The notes beneath the pieces were generated by a model, which was not told where the DNA came from, searched no databases, and was given only the letters and a program-made list of their open reading frames with translations. A stretch of 64,000 nt of DNA from Bacteroidales bacterium (GTDB lineage Bacteria; Bacteroidota; Bacteroidia; Bacteroidales; UBA4181): the NCBI GenBank assembly GCA_031551645.1, contig JAVBNI010000246.1:2646-66645 (forward strand), written 5' to 3'. This document shows positions 28,818-37,993 of the stretch, one piece after another (position 1 is the stretch's first letter; each line of letters starts with the position of its first letter). Made by a program: the position numbers and the translations under genes.

Positions 28818-29446
28818 AAGACAGAAATATCATACTTGTTGGTGGTGGAGGCCACTGTAAATCGGTGATAGATGTTGCCGAAGGTGCAGGTTGGCATATA
28901 CTCGGAATACTTGATACCACTGATAATGTCGGTAAAAAGGTATTGGGATATGAAATTATCGGTACGGATGAGATGATAGTCGATTTTATTGATAAGGCTC
29001 AATTCGTAGTCACAGTGGGGCAAATCAAAAATCCCGGGTTGCGAATGAAACTGCACGATGTAATATCGTCAGTCGGTGGAATGTTGGCTACCATTATTGC
29101 TGCCGATGCACATGTTTCGTCTCATGCACAAATCGGGGTTGGAACAGTGGTGATGCACCAAGCTGTGGTAAATGCGGGAGCACGGATTGGCACAGGGTGT
29201 ATCATTAATACCTTGGCTAACATCGAACATGACGCCGTTGTTGGCGATTATTGTCATATATCCACAGGTGCAATGGTCAATGGCGATTGTTCGGTAGGGA
29301 GTGAGACGTTTATAGGAAGCGGGGTGATTCTTTCCAATGGGGTTTCCGTTACCGAACGGTGTGTAATAGCGGCAGGGGCTGTTGTTCGTAAAAATATTTC
29401 GGTAAGCGGCATATATGCAGGCAATCCTGCAATTAAATATAAATGA
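28811..29446 (+). CDS. NeuD/PglD family hexapeptide-repeat acetyltransferase
   Basis: GGGGHCKSVID, IEHD, hexapeptide repeats, GNPA. Confidence 0.9.
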   Translation: MLKDRNIILVGGGGHCKSVIDVAEGAGWHILGILDTTDNVGKKVLGYEIIGTDEMIVDFIDKAQFVVTVGQIKNPGLRMKLHDVISSVGGMLATIIAADAHVSSHAQIGVGTVVMHQAVVNAGARIGTGCIINTLANIEHDAVVGDYCHISTGAMVNGDCSVGSETFIGSGVILSNGVSVTERCVIAAGAVVRKNISVSGIYAGNPAIKYK

Positions 29447-29447
29447 A

Positions 29448-30452
29448 ATGGAACGGACAATCATCATAGCCGAAGCAGGTGTCAATCACAATGGTTCTAT
29501 TGAGTTGGCAAAACAACTTATAGACGTTGCTGCCGAAGCGGGTGTTGATTATGTGAAGTTTCAAACTTTTAAGGCTGAAAATTTGGTTACCAAATCGGCG
29601 AAAAAGGCCGATTACCAGCAAAAGAATACGAAAAACGACAATTCGCAATACGAAATGCTCAAAAAACTGGAATTGTCAACGGAACAGCATTTCGAATTGA
29701 CAACATATTGTAATTCCCGCGGGGTAAAATTTTTCTCAACGGCGTTTGACTTGGATAGTATTGATTTTCTTGCAAGTCTTCACCTTGGATTATGGAAAAT
29801 TCCATCGGGTGAAATAACCAATTATCCTTATCTCAAACGAATAGCTCAATACAGTCAACCCGTCATTCTTTCGACAGGTATGAGTACCATGCAGGATATT
29901 CATGTGGCTGTTGAAGTCTTGGTAAAATATGGCGTCAAAAAATCGCAGGTAACCGTTTTGCACTGTAATACGCAATATCCGACGCCAATGCAGGATGTGA
30001 ACCTGTTGGCGATGAATACTATTGCCAAAGAAATAGGTGTAAAAGTCGGTTATTCGGACCATACGTTGGGAATTGAAATTCCCATTGCGGCGGTTGCGCT
30101 TGGTGCAACGGTGATTGAAAAGCATTTTACATTGGACAGGAACATGGAAGGCCCAGACCATAAGGCTTCGCTCGAACCCAATGAGTTGAAGGCAATGGTT
30201 GCCGCTATTCGTCATGTTGAAAAAGCGCTTGGTTCTTCACAAAAAATAGTGTCAGTATCCGAAAATGAGAATATAAATATTGCACGTAAAAGTATAGTTG
30301 CTTCCCGCTTTATATCTAAGGGTGAAATGTTTACCGAAGATAACCTGACGGTGAAGCGTCCCGGAAACGGAATATCGCCTATGCGATGGGAGGAAATATT
30401 GGGTAAATTTGCAGTTCGTGATTTTAATGAAGACGAATTGATAGAGTTATGA
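29448..30452 (+). CDS. legI: N,N'-diacetyllegionaminate synthase (NeuB family)
   Basis: IIAEAGVNHNG, VKFQTF, KIPSGEITN, LHCNTQYPTP, GYSDHT, GPDHKASLEP, KRPGNGISP; legB/legC context. ATG at 29448 preferred. Confidence 0.85.
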   Translation: MERTIIIAEAGVNHNGSIELAKQLIDVAAEAGVDYVKFQTFKAENLVTKSAKKADYQQKNTKNDNSQYEMLKKLELSTEQHFELTTYCNSRGVKFFSTAFDLDSIDFLASLHLGLWKIPSGEITNYPYLKRIAQYSQPVILSTGMSTMQDIHVAVEVLVKYGVKKSQVTVLHCNTQYPTPMQDVNLLAMNTIAKEIGVKVGYSDHTLGIEIPIAAVALGATVIEKHFTLDRNMEGPDHKASLEPNELKAMVAAIRHVEKALGSSQKIVSVSENENINIARKSIVASRFISKGEMFTEDNLTVKRPGNGISPMRWEEILGKFAVRDFNEDELIEL

Positions 30453-31609
30453 AAAAAGTTTGCGTCATAACAGGTAGTCGCGCCGAATACGGATTGATGA
30501 GCCGTATGATGCGTCTTATCCGTAATGATGATGATTTGCAACTGCAAATCATTGCTACCAACATGCATCTTTCGCCCGAATTCGGGTTAACCTACAAGGA
30601 AATTGAAACTGACGGATTTACGATTGATAAAAAGGTACACATGTTGTTGTCGTCTGATGCAGTCAACGCTATTGTTAAATCAGTCGGGTTGGGAACTATT
30701 GGTTTTGCGGATGCTTACGAAGACTTGAAGCCTGATATGATTGTTGTTTTGGGCGACCGTTATGAAATTTTAGCGGCTGTTTCGGCGGCTTTGCTTTACA
30801 AAATTCCTGTTGTTCACCTGCATGGCGGCGAAATTACCGAAGGCGCTTATGATGATGCAATTCGGCATGCCGTAACCAAAATGTCGCACTTACATTTTAC
30901 TTCTACCGAAGAATACAGGCGGCGGGTTATCCAGATGGGCGAAAATCCTTCTACCGTTCATTATGTTGGTGCTTTGGGCTGCGACAACATTAGGCATATA
31001 CCTTTGATGTCGAAAGACGAATTGGAACAATCGCTTCATTTTGCGTTGGACAAAAATACGGTATTGGTGACCTTTCACCCTGTAACGATGGAGAATAATT
31101 CTGCCGAAAAACAATTTGGAGCGTTATTGGCCGCATTGGATAATTTCAAGCAATTGCGTATCATTTTTACGATGCCTAATTCCGACACCAATGGACGTAT
31201 CATTATTGAAATGATAAAACGTTATGTTGAGAATAATGCGGAACGTGCGGTATGGTTCACATCGCTTGGTATGAGACGTTACCTGTCGATACTTCAATAC
31301 ATTGGCGGGGTTGTGGGTAATTCATCAAGCGGAATTATTGAAGTGCCGAGTTTTCATATTCCAACCATCAATATCGGTGACAGGCAAAAGGGTCGTGTTG
31401 CTGCGGCGAGTGTGCTCAACTGTAATCCCGAAAAGGCCGCAATTGAAGAGAATTTAACTGCCATCCTGCAACCTGGTTATAAAGATTCTTTGGGAAATAT
31501 TCAAAATCCTTATAACAAACCGAATACGGCAGAAGAAATTGTCAAAATAATCAAAGAGCAAAAGATAGAACCTGTAAAGAAATTCTATAATCTGGAATGG
31601 CATGACTGA
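30449..31609 (+). CDS. legG: Hydrolysing NDP-sugar 2-epimerase (NeuC/LegG)
   Basis: TGSRAEYGL, LGDRYE, HLHGGE, DDAIRHAVTK, TFHPVT, GNSSSG, NIGDRQKGR. Confidence 0.88.
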   Translation: MKKVCVITGSRAEYGLMSRMMRLIRNDDDLQLQIIATNMHLSPEFGLTYKEIETDGFTIDKKVHMLLSSDAVNAIVKSVGLGTIGFADAYEDLKPDMIVVLGDRYEILAAVSAALLYKIPVVHLHGGEITEGAYDDAIRHAVTKMSHLHFTSTEEYRRRVIQMGENPSTVHYVGALGCDNIRHIPLMSKDELEQSLHFALDKNTVLVTFHPVTMENNSAEKQFGALLAALDNFKQLRIIFTMPNSDTNGRIIIEMIKRYVENNAERAVWFTSLGMRRYLSILQYIGGVVGNSSSGIIEVPSFHIPTINIGDRQKGRVAAASVLNCNPEKAAIEENLTAILQPGYKDSLGNIQNPYNKPNTAEEIVKIIKEQKIEPVKKFYNLEWHD

Positions 31610-32654
31610 TGTATCGAAATATACGATAAATAAAAATGCTACTATTAAAGAGGCATTGGTACGGCTCGACAAACTGTCGGACGATGTGCTGACATTGTTT
31701 GTTCTTGACGGGGAACGGATGATTGGTACGTTGACAGACGGGGATATTCGACGTGCATTAATTCGTAACACTTCATTGGATACAAGCGTAGAGCAGGTAA
31801 TGAATATACATTTTAAATCTATTTGCTCCAATGATAAAAACATCCAAAAAATACGCGACATAAAAGCAGAAGGCATCCAATTGTTGCCTTGCCTGGATAC
31901 CAATGGGAGGTTGTTAAAAATACACAATCTCAAAAAGAAAAAATCATTGTTGCCGATAGATGCTGTATTAATGGCAGGGGGAAAGGGAGAACGATTACGT
32001 CCGTTAACGGAAAAGATACCCAAACCGCTTTTATCTGTAGGAAACAAGGCCATTATTGATTACAATGTAGATAGTCTGATAAGTTATGGCGTAGAAAATA
32101 TCTATGTTACTACCAATTATTTGGCGGAACAATTGGAACAACATTTTGTGGTTGCAAGACAAGGTATTAAGATTAATTGTGTGCGAGAAAGAGAGTATTT
32201 GGGAACTATTGCTTCCGTCAAATTTATCCCTGATATAAAAAATGATGAAGTGTTGGTGATGAATTCCGATTTGTTTACCAATATTGACTTTGAAGATTTC
32301 TATCGTCATTTCCTTGAAAAAGATGCTGATATGTCAGCCGCTGCCATTCCCTATTCTATCAATGTCCCTTATGGGATTTTCGAATTGGAAGGGAGAAACA
32401 TACAGGGAATAAAAGAAAAGCCTACCTATAATTACTATGCCAACGCAGGTATTTATCTCATCAAAAAAAGTTTACTCGACTTAATTCCTGATGGTGCATA
32501 TTTCGATGCGACCGATTTTATGGATTTGCTGATATCCCAGGGTAAAACCGTAGTCCGATATCCTTTGGTAGGTTATTGGATTGATATCGGGAAGCCTGAA
32601 GATTACAGGAAAGCGCAAGATTTTGTAAAACATATCAGAAAAGATGATCGATAA
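31602..32654 (+). CDS. CBS-domain nucleotidyltransferase (PtmE-like)
   Basis: GTLTDGDIRR CBS domain; MAGGKGERLRPLT..PKPLL; WIDIG. Confidence 0.88.
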   Translation: MTDVSKYTINKNATIKEALVRLDKLSDDVLTLFVLDGERMIGTLTDGDIRRALIRNTSLDTSVEQVMNIHFKSICSNDKNIQKIRDIKAEGIQLLPCLDTNGRLLKIHNLKKKKSLLPIDAVLMAGGKGERLRPLTEKIPKPLLSVGNKAIIDYNVDSLISYGVENIYVTTNYLAEQLEQHFVVARQGIKINCVREREYLGTIASVKFIPDIKNDEVLVMNSDLFTNIDFEDFYRHFLEKDADMSAAAIPYSINVPYGIFELEGRNIQGIKEKPTYNYYANAGIYLIKKSLLDLIPDGAYFDATDFMDLLISQGKTVVRYPLVGYWIDIGKPEDYRKAQDFVKHIRKDDR

Positions 32655-33363
32655 AAAAAATGTCCTATGTATTATTCCTGCACGCGGAGGGAGTAAAGGC
32701 ATTCCTTACAAGAATATAAAAAAATTGTGTGGGAAGCCATTGATTTATTATACGATTGATGTCGCAAGAGAAATATTTGCCGACACAGATATTTGTGTGA
32801 GTACCGACGATAACCAGATTGTGGAAACGGTTGAAGCTTATGGCCTGAAAGTTCCGTTTATTCGACCGGATTACCTAGCTACAGACGTGGCTGGGACTCG
32901 TGAGGTGCTTATCCATGCCATTGAATATTACAAAAACTTACATTTTTCCGTAAAATATGATGTCATTGTATTGCTTCAGCCTACTTCACCATTTCGTTTG
33001 AAAAAACATATAGAGGAGACTATGAACCTTTATGACAATTGTGATATGGTAGTTTCCGTAAAAGAATCATCAGCTAATCCCTATTATAATATATTTGAAG
33101 AAGATGAAAACGGACTACTTCAAATATCTAAAGGTGACGACCATTACACTCGTCGTCAGGACGCACCGAAAGTATGGGAATATAATGGCTCGATATATGT
33201 AATAAATTATGCATCTTTACAAAAAGATAAAATTTCTGATTTCACTCGGAAAAAGAAATATCTGATGGATATCCTATATTCAATAGATATTGATACTCCA
33301 TTAGATTGGGTTGTCGCAGAAGAAATTATCAAAATGAATTTACTTAATCAAAATAAACGATGA
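32644..33363 (+). CDS. legF: CMP-nonulosonate synthetase (NeuA/LegF)
   Basis: IPARGGSKGIPYKNI, VSTDD, LQPTSPFR, RRQDAP, IDIDT. Confidence 0.85.
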   Translation: MIDKKNVLCIIPARGGSKGIPYKNIKKLCGKPLIYYTIDVAREIFADTDICVSTDDNQIVETVEAYGLKVPFIRPDYLATDVAGTREVLIHAIEYYKNLHFSVKYDVIVLLQPTSPFRLKKHIEETMNLYDNCDMVVSVKESSANPYYNIFEEDENGLLQISKGDDHYTRRQDAPKVWEYNGSIYVINYASLQKDKISDFTRKKKYLMDILYSIDIDTPLDWVVAEEIIKMNLLNQNKR

Positions 33364-34469
33364 AATATTGTACAAAATGTGTAATGCCAAGTACACGTCC
33401 AGGCATTTCATTTAACGCACAAGGTGTTTGTTCCGCTTGTCAGTCATTTGAAAATCGTAAAAATGTGGATTATAATAAAAGATTTGAAGAGTTAAAACAA
33501 CTTTGTAATAAGTATCGGGGAATGAATGGCCTTGATGGTTATGATTGTATGATTGCAGTGAGTGGTGGAAAGGATAGTCATTTTCAGACTTATGTGATGA
33601 AAGAGCTGATGGGAATGAACCCTCTGCTTGTTTCGGTTGAGGATAATTTTCCTATGACCGAAGCAGGCAAGCACAATCTGAAAAATATATCAGAAGCATT
33701 TGGATGTGACCTTATTACAATGAAACCGAACATTCGGGCGCAAAAAATCATTATGCGTAAAACGTTTGAAAAGTTTGGAAAACCCACATATTTTATCGAC
33801 CGTTATATCTATACTTACCCGTTGCATATGGCTGTCAAATTCAATACGCCCTTATTAGTATATGGCGAAAATGTGAGTTATGAATATGGTGGTACGGATG
33901 CCGTTGAAACGTATTCTTCACGAGACCAGATTAACAATGGTGTAGGAACAGGTATTCCCACTGAAGAGTTACTTGGGGATGGTGTAACCTTAAAAGACCT
34001 GAACTTTTTTGAGCCACCTGCTCAAAAATTGATTGACAAACTCGACCCAATCTATTTAAGCTATTTTGTGGAATGGAATAGTTTTAAAAATTATGAAATT
34101 GCAAGAAAACGAGGATTTCACGACCTGACACACGAATGGTGTCGTACACATCACGTAGAACAAATCGACCAAATAGATAGCCGCGCATATCTCGTTCACT
34201 CATGGTTGAAATACCCTAAGTTTGGACATGCTTCAGCAACCGATTACTCTGCACGTATGGTTCGTTATGGCATGCTTACTCGAGAAGAAGCCATCGAATT
34301 GGTAAAAAAACATGACCATGCTTTAGACCCTTGGTGTGTACGTGATTTTTGCGATTTCTTGGGATATAGCGAAAAAGAATTTTGGGACATTATTGATATC
34401 CAATATAGTCAGGATTTATTTGAAAAAGATAAAAATGGGGCTTGGATTTTAAAAGCCGCAATAAAATAA
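33360..34469 (+). CDS. N-acetyl sugar amidotransferase (PseA/PtmG/WbpG family)
   Basis: CTKCVMPSTRP, CSAC, PP-loop SGGKDS, LKYPKFG, TREEA. Confidence 0.88.
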   Translation: MKYCTKCVMPSTRPGISFNAQGVCSACQSFENRKNVDYNKRFEELKQLCNKYRGMNGLDGYDCMIAVSGGKDSHFQTYVMKELMGMNPLLVSVEDNFPMTEAGKHNLKNISEAFGCDLITMKPNIRAQKIIMRKTFEKFGKPTYFIDRYIYTYPLHMAVKFNTPLLVYGENVSYEYGGTDAVETYSSRDQINNGVGTGIPTEELLGDGVTLKDLNFFEPPAQKLIDKLDPIYLSYFVEWNSFKNYEIARKRGFHDLTHEWCRTHHVEQIDQIDSRAYLVHSWLKYPKFGHASATDYSARMVRYGMLTREEAIELVKKHDHALDPWCVRDFCDFLGYSEKEFWDIIDIQYSQDLFEKDKNGAWILKAAIK

Positions 34470-34504
34470 TATTTTCAAAGGATCTATAAAAGAGCTAATT
34501 ATAA

Positions 34505-36037
34505 GTGCAACAATCTTATTCGAAGAATTATTTAAAAATATATTTTTGGCAGTTATTGTCCATAGTATTAGGATTTTTATCATTATTTTGGGTAGTTCCC
34601 TATCTTAGTGATGAGCCTATTATTTATGGCATTTACTCTGTTTGTATATCTGTTTCTATATTCTTGTCATATGCAGATTTAGGGTTCTTAAGTGCTGGTC
34701 AAAAATATGCAGCAGAAGCGTATGCAAATCAAAATACCACTGAAGAAATTGAGGTTATAGGTTTTTCGCATTTTATTTTATTAGTTTTTACTTTACTTCT
34801 GGGTGCTGTATTTGCTTGGCTTAGTTTCCATCCGGAAATACTAATTAAAGACTTACCTAATGGCGAACCTTATCAAATAGCACATCGGTTATTGTTAATA
34901 TTAGCTGTATTTGCTCCTGTTGTAGTGCTACAAAGAATGGTGCAAATGGTTTTTGCCATACGACTTCAGGAATATAAAATTCAACGATTGGTTATTTTAG
35001 GTAATGTATTTAAAATCGCTTCTGTTTTTATATTTTTTTCAGGTGGTAGATATAATATAGTTGCTTATTTCTTTTTTCTACAAATGGTTAATTTGACTGT
35101 GGCCATTATTGGAGTGATATTGACATATAAAATATATCGGCAAAAACTCACTTGGATATTAAATAAAATAAAATTTTCAAAACAGATATTTAACCGCACA
35201 AAATCTTTAGCTTATTCAACATTATTTGCAACAGTAACATGGATATTATATTATGAATTGGATTCATTTGCTATCGGTCGTTTGCTTGGTGCTCAACAAG
35301 TTGCTATTTATGCAATAGGGCTAACCTTGCTATCGTTTTTTCGTTCTCTATATGGAGTTCTCTTCACGCCTTTCATATCGCGGTTTAATCACTTTATAGG
35401 ATTAAGACAAATGAAAGAGTTGCAAGCATTTTTCTTACACGTGGTGACTATTACTTTACCTTTAGTCGTTTTTCCTATCCTTGTGGTGGTTATGTTTTCG
35501 AAATCCTTTGTTATCTCATGGGTAGGGCTTGACTTTATTGATTCTGTGATTATAGTAAGACTTTTAATTCTGTGTAATTTAATGGCTTTTGTGAGTTATC
35601 CCGTGGGAATATTATTAGTGGCATTGAAAAAAGTAAAAATGTTATACATCTATAATGGCATCATGCCGGTACTATATTGGGGGGGGATTTTTGCAACAAT
35701 AAACATGATAGGAGTTAGGTCTTTTGCATTGTTTAAATTGGTTATTTTTACAGTAAATGCTGTTATATATTTAATAATTGCTTTAAAGTTTTTAAGAATA
35801 TCCCCGGGAAAATTTTTTGTGAAATCAATTTTCCCATATATTCCTTCAATCCTGATTTTGATATCAATGTCATTACTACTAAATGATTTGTTCGTAGGAG
35901 ATAAAAATAAATTATATCTATTATATAATTCAGTACTTATTGGTGGAGTGTTTATTGTGTCATTACTTGTCAGTTACATATTTTCAAAATCATTAAGAGA
36001 TTATGTTAACCAAATGTTAGTAGTATTAATAAAATGA
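34505..36037 (+). CDS. wzx: Wzx flippase
   Basis: 510-aa multi-TM protein, YGIYS...ADLG pattern, glycan locus context. Confidence 0.85.
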   Translation: MQQSYSKNYLKIYFWQLLSIVLGFLSLFWVVPYLSDEPIIYGIYSVCISVSIFLSYADLGFLSAGQKYAAEAYANQNTTEEIEVIGFSHFILLVFTLLLGAVFAWLSFHPEILIKDLPNGEPYQIAHRLLLILAVFAPVVVLQRMVQMVFAIRLQEYKIQRLVILGNVFKIASVFIFFSGGRYNIVAYFFFLQMVNLTVAIIGVILTYKIYRQKLTWILNKIKFSKQIFNRTKSLAYSTLFATVTWILYYELDSFAIGRLLGAQQVAIYAIGLTLLSFFRSLYGVLFTPFISRFNHFIGLRQMKELQAFFLHVVTITLPLVVFPILVVVMFSKSFVISWVGLDFIDSVIIVRLLILCNLMAFVSYPVGILLVALKKVKMLYIYNGIMPVLYWGGIFATINMIGVRSFALFKLVIFTVNAVIYLIIALKFLRISPGKFFVKSIFPYIPSILILISMSLLLNDLFVGDKNKLYLLYNSVLIGGVFIVSLLVSYIFSKSLRDYVNQMLVVLIK

Positions 36038-37221
36038 AGATAAGAAAATATATCTGTATCAGGTATCATCACCTAACACAAAAATCATGTAAGGAGTATT
36101 ATTTGAAAGAAGCTGAAAATGCGGGATTGGATGTAGAATATTGGGATACGACTTACTTGTTTTTTGATGATGATTATGGGCAGGAAGATTCTTCATATTT
36201 GATAAAAACAAGAAAATTTAAGAAATTTTTTGAACTTGAGTCTGCAATCAAAGAGCAGAATATTAGTAGTGTAATATTTGTTACGACGAGTTCTTTTGAG
36301 TATCGTGTAAAGAAGTTACATACTTTATTCACTCAATACAAATGTTTAGTCGCAGGATTTGGTCGTAATATGTATCCTATAAGCACTGGCTTATCCATAA
36401 GCCGTTTTAAGGGTTTGACGCCACATAAAATAATAAACTATCTATTAAATAGATGTTTAACAAATGAGGTGCAGCGTAGAAAAATTAAGACATTCGATGT
36501 GGTATTTTTAGCTGGAGAAAATGGGTGGCAAGCACTAGGAAGAATCAACAAAGATATCGTACAACAGATTGAAAACATACAAATTAATAGTTGCGATTAT
36601 GATAATTGTATGGAAGACCAAAGTAATGAACGGTTATTACCATACGATTATATTTTGTTTTTAGATCAATATTTGCCATTGCATCCAGATATGCAAATGC
36701 TTGGAGAAGAGAATGTCTCTGTAGAAAAATATTATAAGGAAATCAATAGATATTTTTCAAAAATAGAAAAACAATTAAAATTGCCAATTGTGATTGCTGC
36801 ACACCCTAAAGCAATCTTGTATAAAAAGGAAAATTATTTCGATGGACGTATTGTTTTATTTGATCAAACACAACAACTCTCAAAATATGCAACTCTTGTG
36901 CTTGCGCATAATAGTGTTTCTATAAATTACCCCATCATATACAATACCCCTTTACATTTCATCACTTCAAGTGAAATAGAGAAACATGTATTGAGTGTTC
37001 ATTTGGACGTGCAATTGTTTGCCCAAACGCTTGGTACAAACTGGGAATATTTTGATATAGATAAAGCAACAAATATCAGTTTTCAAGCGAACCAACAACA
37101 ATATAATAATTACAAATATCTATATCAAACATCATTAGCTTCTGAACACATTATGACCAAAGAAATTTTTATAGATTTTCTTTTGCATGTAAATTATAAA
37201 GATTATTTTGCAAATAAATAA
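36034..37221 (+). CDS. Putative nonulosonic acid glycosyltransferase
   Basis: Soluble 395 aa directly after wzx; FLDQYLPLHPD, IAAHPK and HNSVS resemble the HP and S(T/V) motifs of GT-B CMP-sugar transferases. Confidence 0.55.
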   Translation: MKIRKYICIRYHHLTQKSCKEYYLKEAENAGLDVEYWDTTYLFFDDDYGQEDSSYLIKTRKFKKFFELESAIKEQNISSVIFVTTSSFEYRVKKLHTLFTQYKCLVAGFGRNMYPISTGLSISRFKGLTPHKIINYLLNRCLTNEVQRRKIKTFDVVFLAGENGWQALGRINKDIVQQIENIQINSCDYDNCMEDQSNERLLPYDYILFLDQYLPLHPDMQMLGEENVSVEKYYKEINRYFSKIEKQLKLPIVIAAHPKAILYKKENYFDGRIVLFDQTQQLSKYATLVLAHNSVSINYPIIYNTPLHFITSSEIEKHVLSVHLDVQLFAQTLGTNWEYFDIDKATNISFQANQQQYNNYKYLYQTSLASEHIMTKEIFIDFLLHVNYKDYFANK

Positions 37222-37227
37222 GAAGGG

Positions 37228-37965
37228 ATGAAACGAATATTTAAATATTATATTTTTATTTATCATGATACCTATCATGTCCGAACGCTAAGGGCGGTAA
37301 TTCGTTTTTTTAGAAATGTATTTATTCATCCTCAAGGTCGAAAGATGCAGAAAAGGATACGGGATCTTCAAGTTAATGTGTATGATGCCTTTGCTTTATG
37401 CGTGGATTCTCTTCATGAACATCAGATATTTTTTTGGATTGATTTCGGAACATTACTGGGAGCTTATCGTGAGAATGGCATTATAAAACATGATTTTGAT
37501 GTTGATTTAGCTATATGGAATGATACTGATCCAGCATTGTTGGATTTGGTATTTGAGCAGGTCGGATTTCGAAAACTGAGAACATTTGAGAAAGATCACA
37601 GACCAATGTGTATAAGTTATATTTATAAAGGGGTTGTTGTTGACATTATGTTTTATGAAAAAGACAGTAATAATATCTATTGCTATGACATTTATAATAT
37701 TCCAAAAGTATATACAGATGATATGCAGCCACTGAACATTTTAGGAATTCGCAAAATAATATTTCCATTTGAAGGTTTCAAAACAATATCATTTTTAGGA
37801 AAACAAGTAAATATACCGTCAAATACATCTGAATATTTGACAGCGTATTATGGTGAAAATTTTATGATACCAGACCCTAATTTTTATGAACGTGATGCTC
37901 CCCGTAATATAGAGGTCATCGATCCAACAGAAAATTACGCTATATATAGATATTATAATAATTGA
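37228..37965 (+). CDS. LicD family phospho/phosphono-transferase
   Basis: WIDFGTLLGAYRENGIIKHDFDVD, VDIMFY, YLTAYYG. Confidence 0.9.
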   Translation: MKRIFKYYIFIYHDTYHVRTLRAVIRFFRNVFIHPQGRKMQKRIRDLQVNVYDAFALCVDSLHEHQIFFWIDFGTLLGAYRENGIIKHDFDVDLAIWNDTDPALLDLVFEQVGFRKLRTFEKDHRPMCISYIYKGVVVDIMFYEKDSNNIYCYDIYNIPKVYTDDMQPLNILGIRKIIFPFEGFKTISFLGKQVNIPSNTSEYLTAYYGENFMIPDPNFYERDAPRNIEVIDPTENYAIYRYYNN

Positions 37966-37993
37966 TTGTAGGGTATTAATAAAAAGTATTGAA

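Noticed and set aside
29448-33363. Interpreting neuB/neuC/neuA as sialic acid (Neu5Ac) synthesis
   Set aside because: legB, legC, the acetyltransferase and the PtmE-like nucleotidyltransferase point to legionaminic acid or an isomer.
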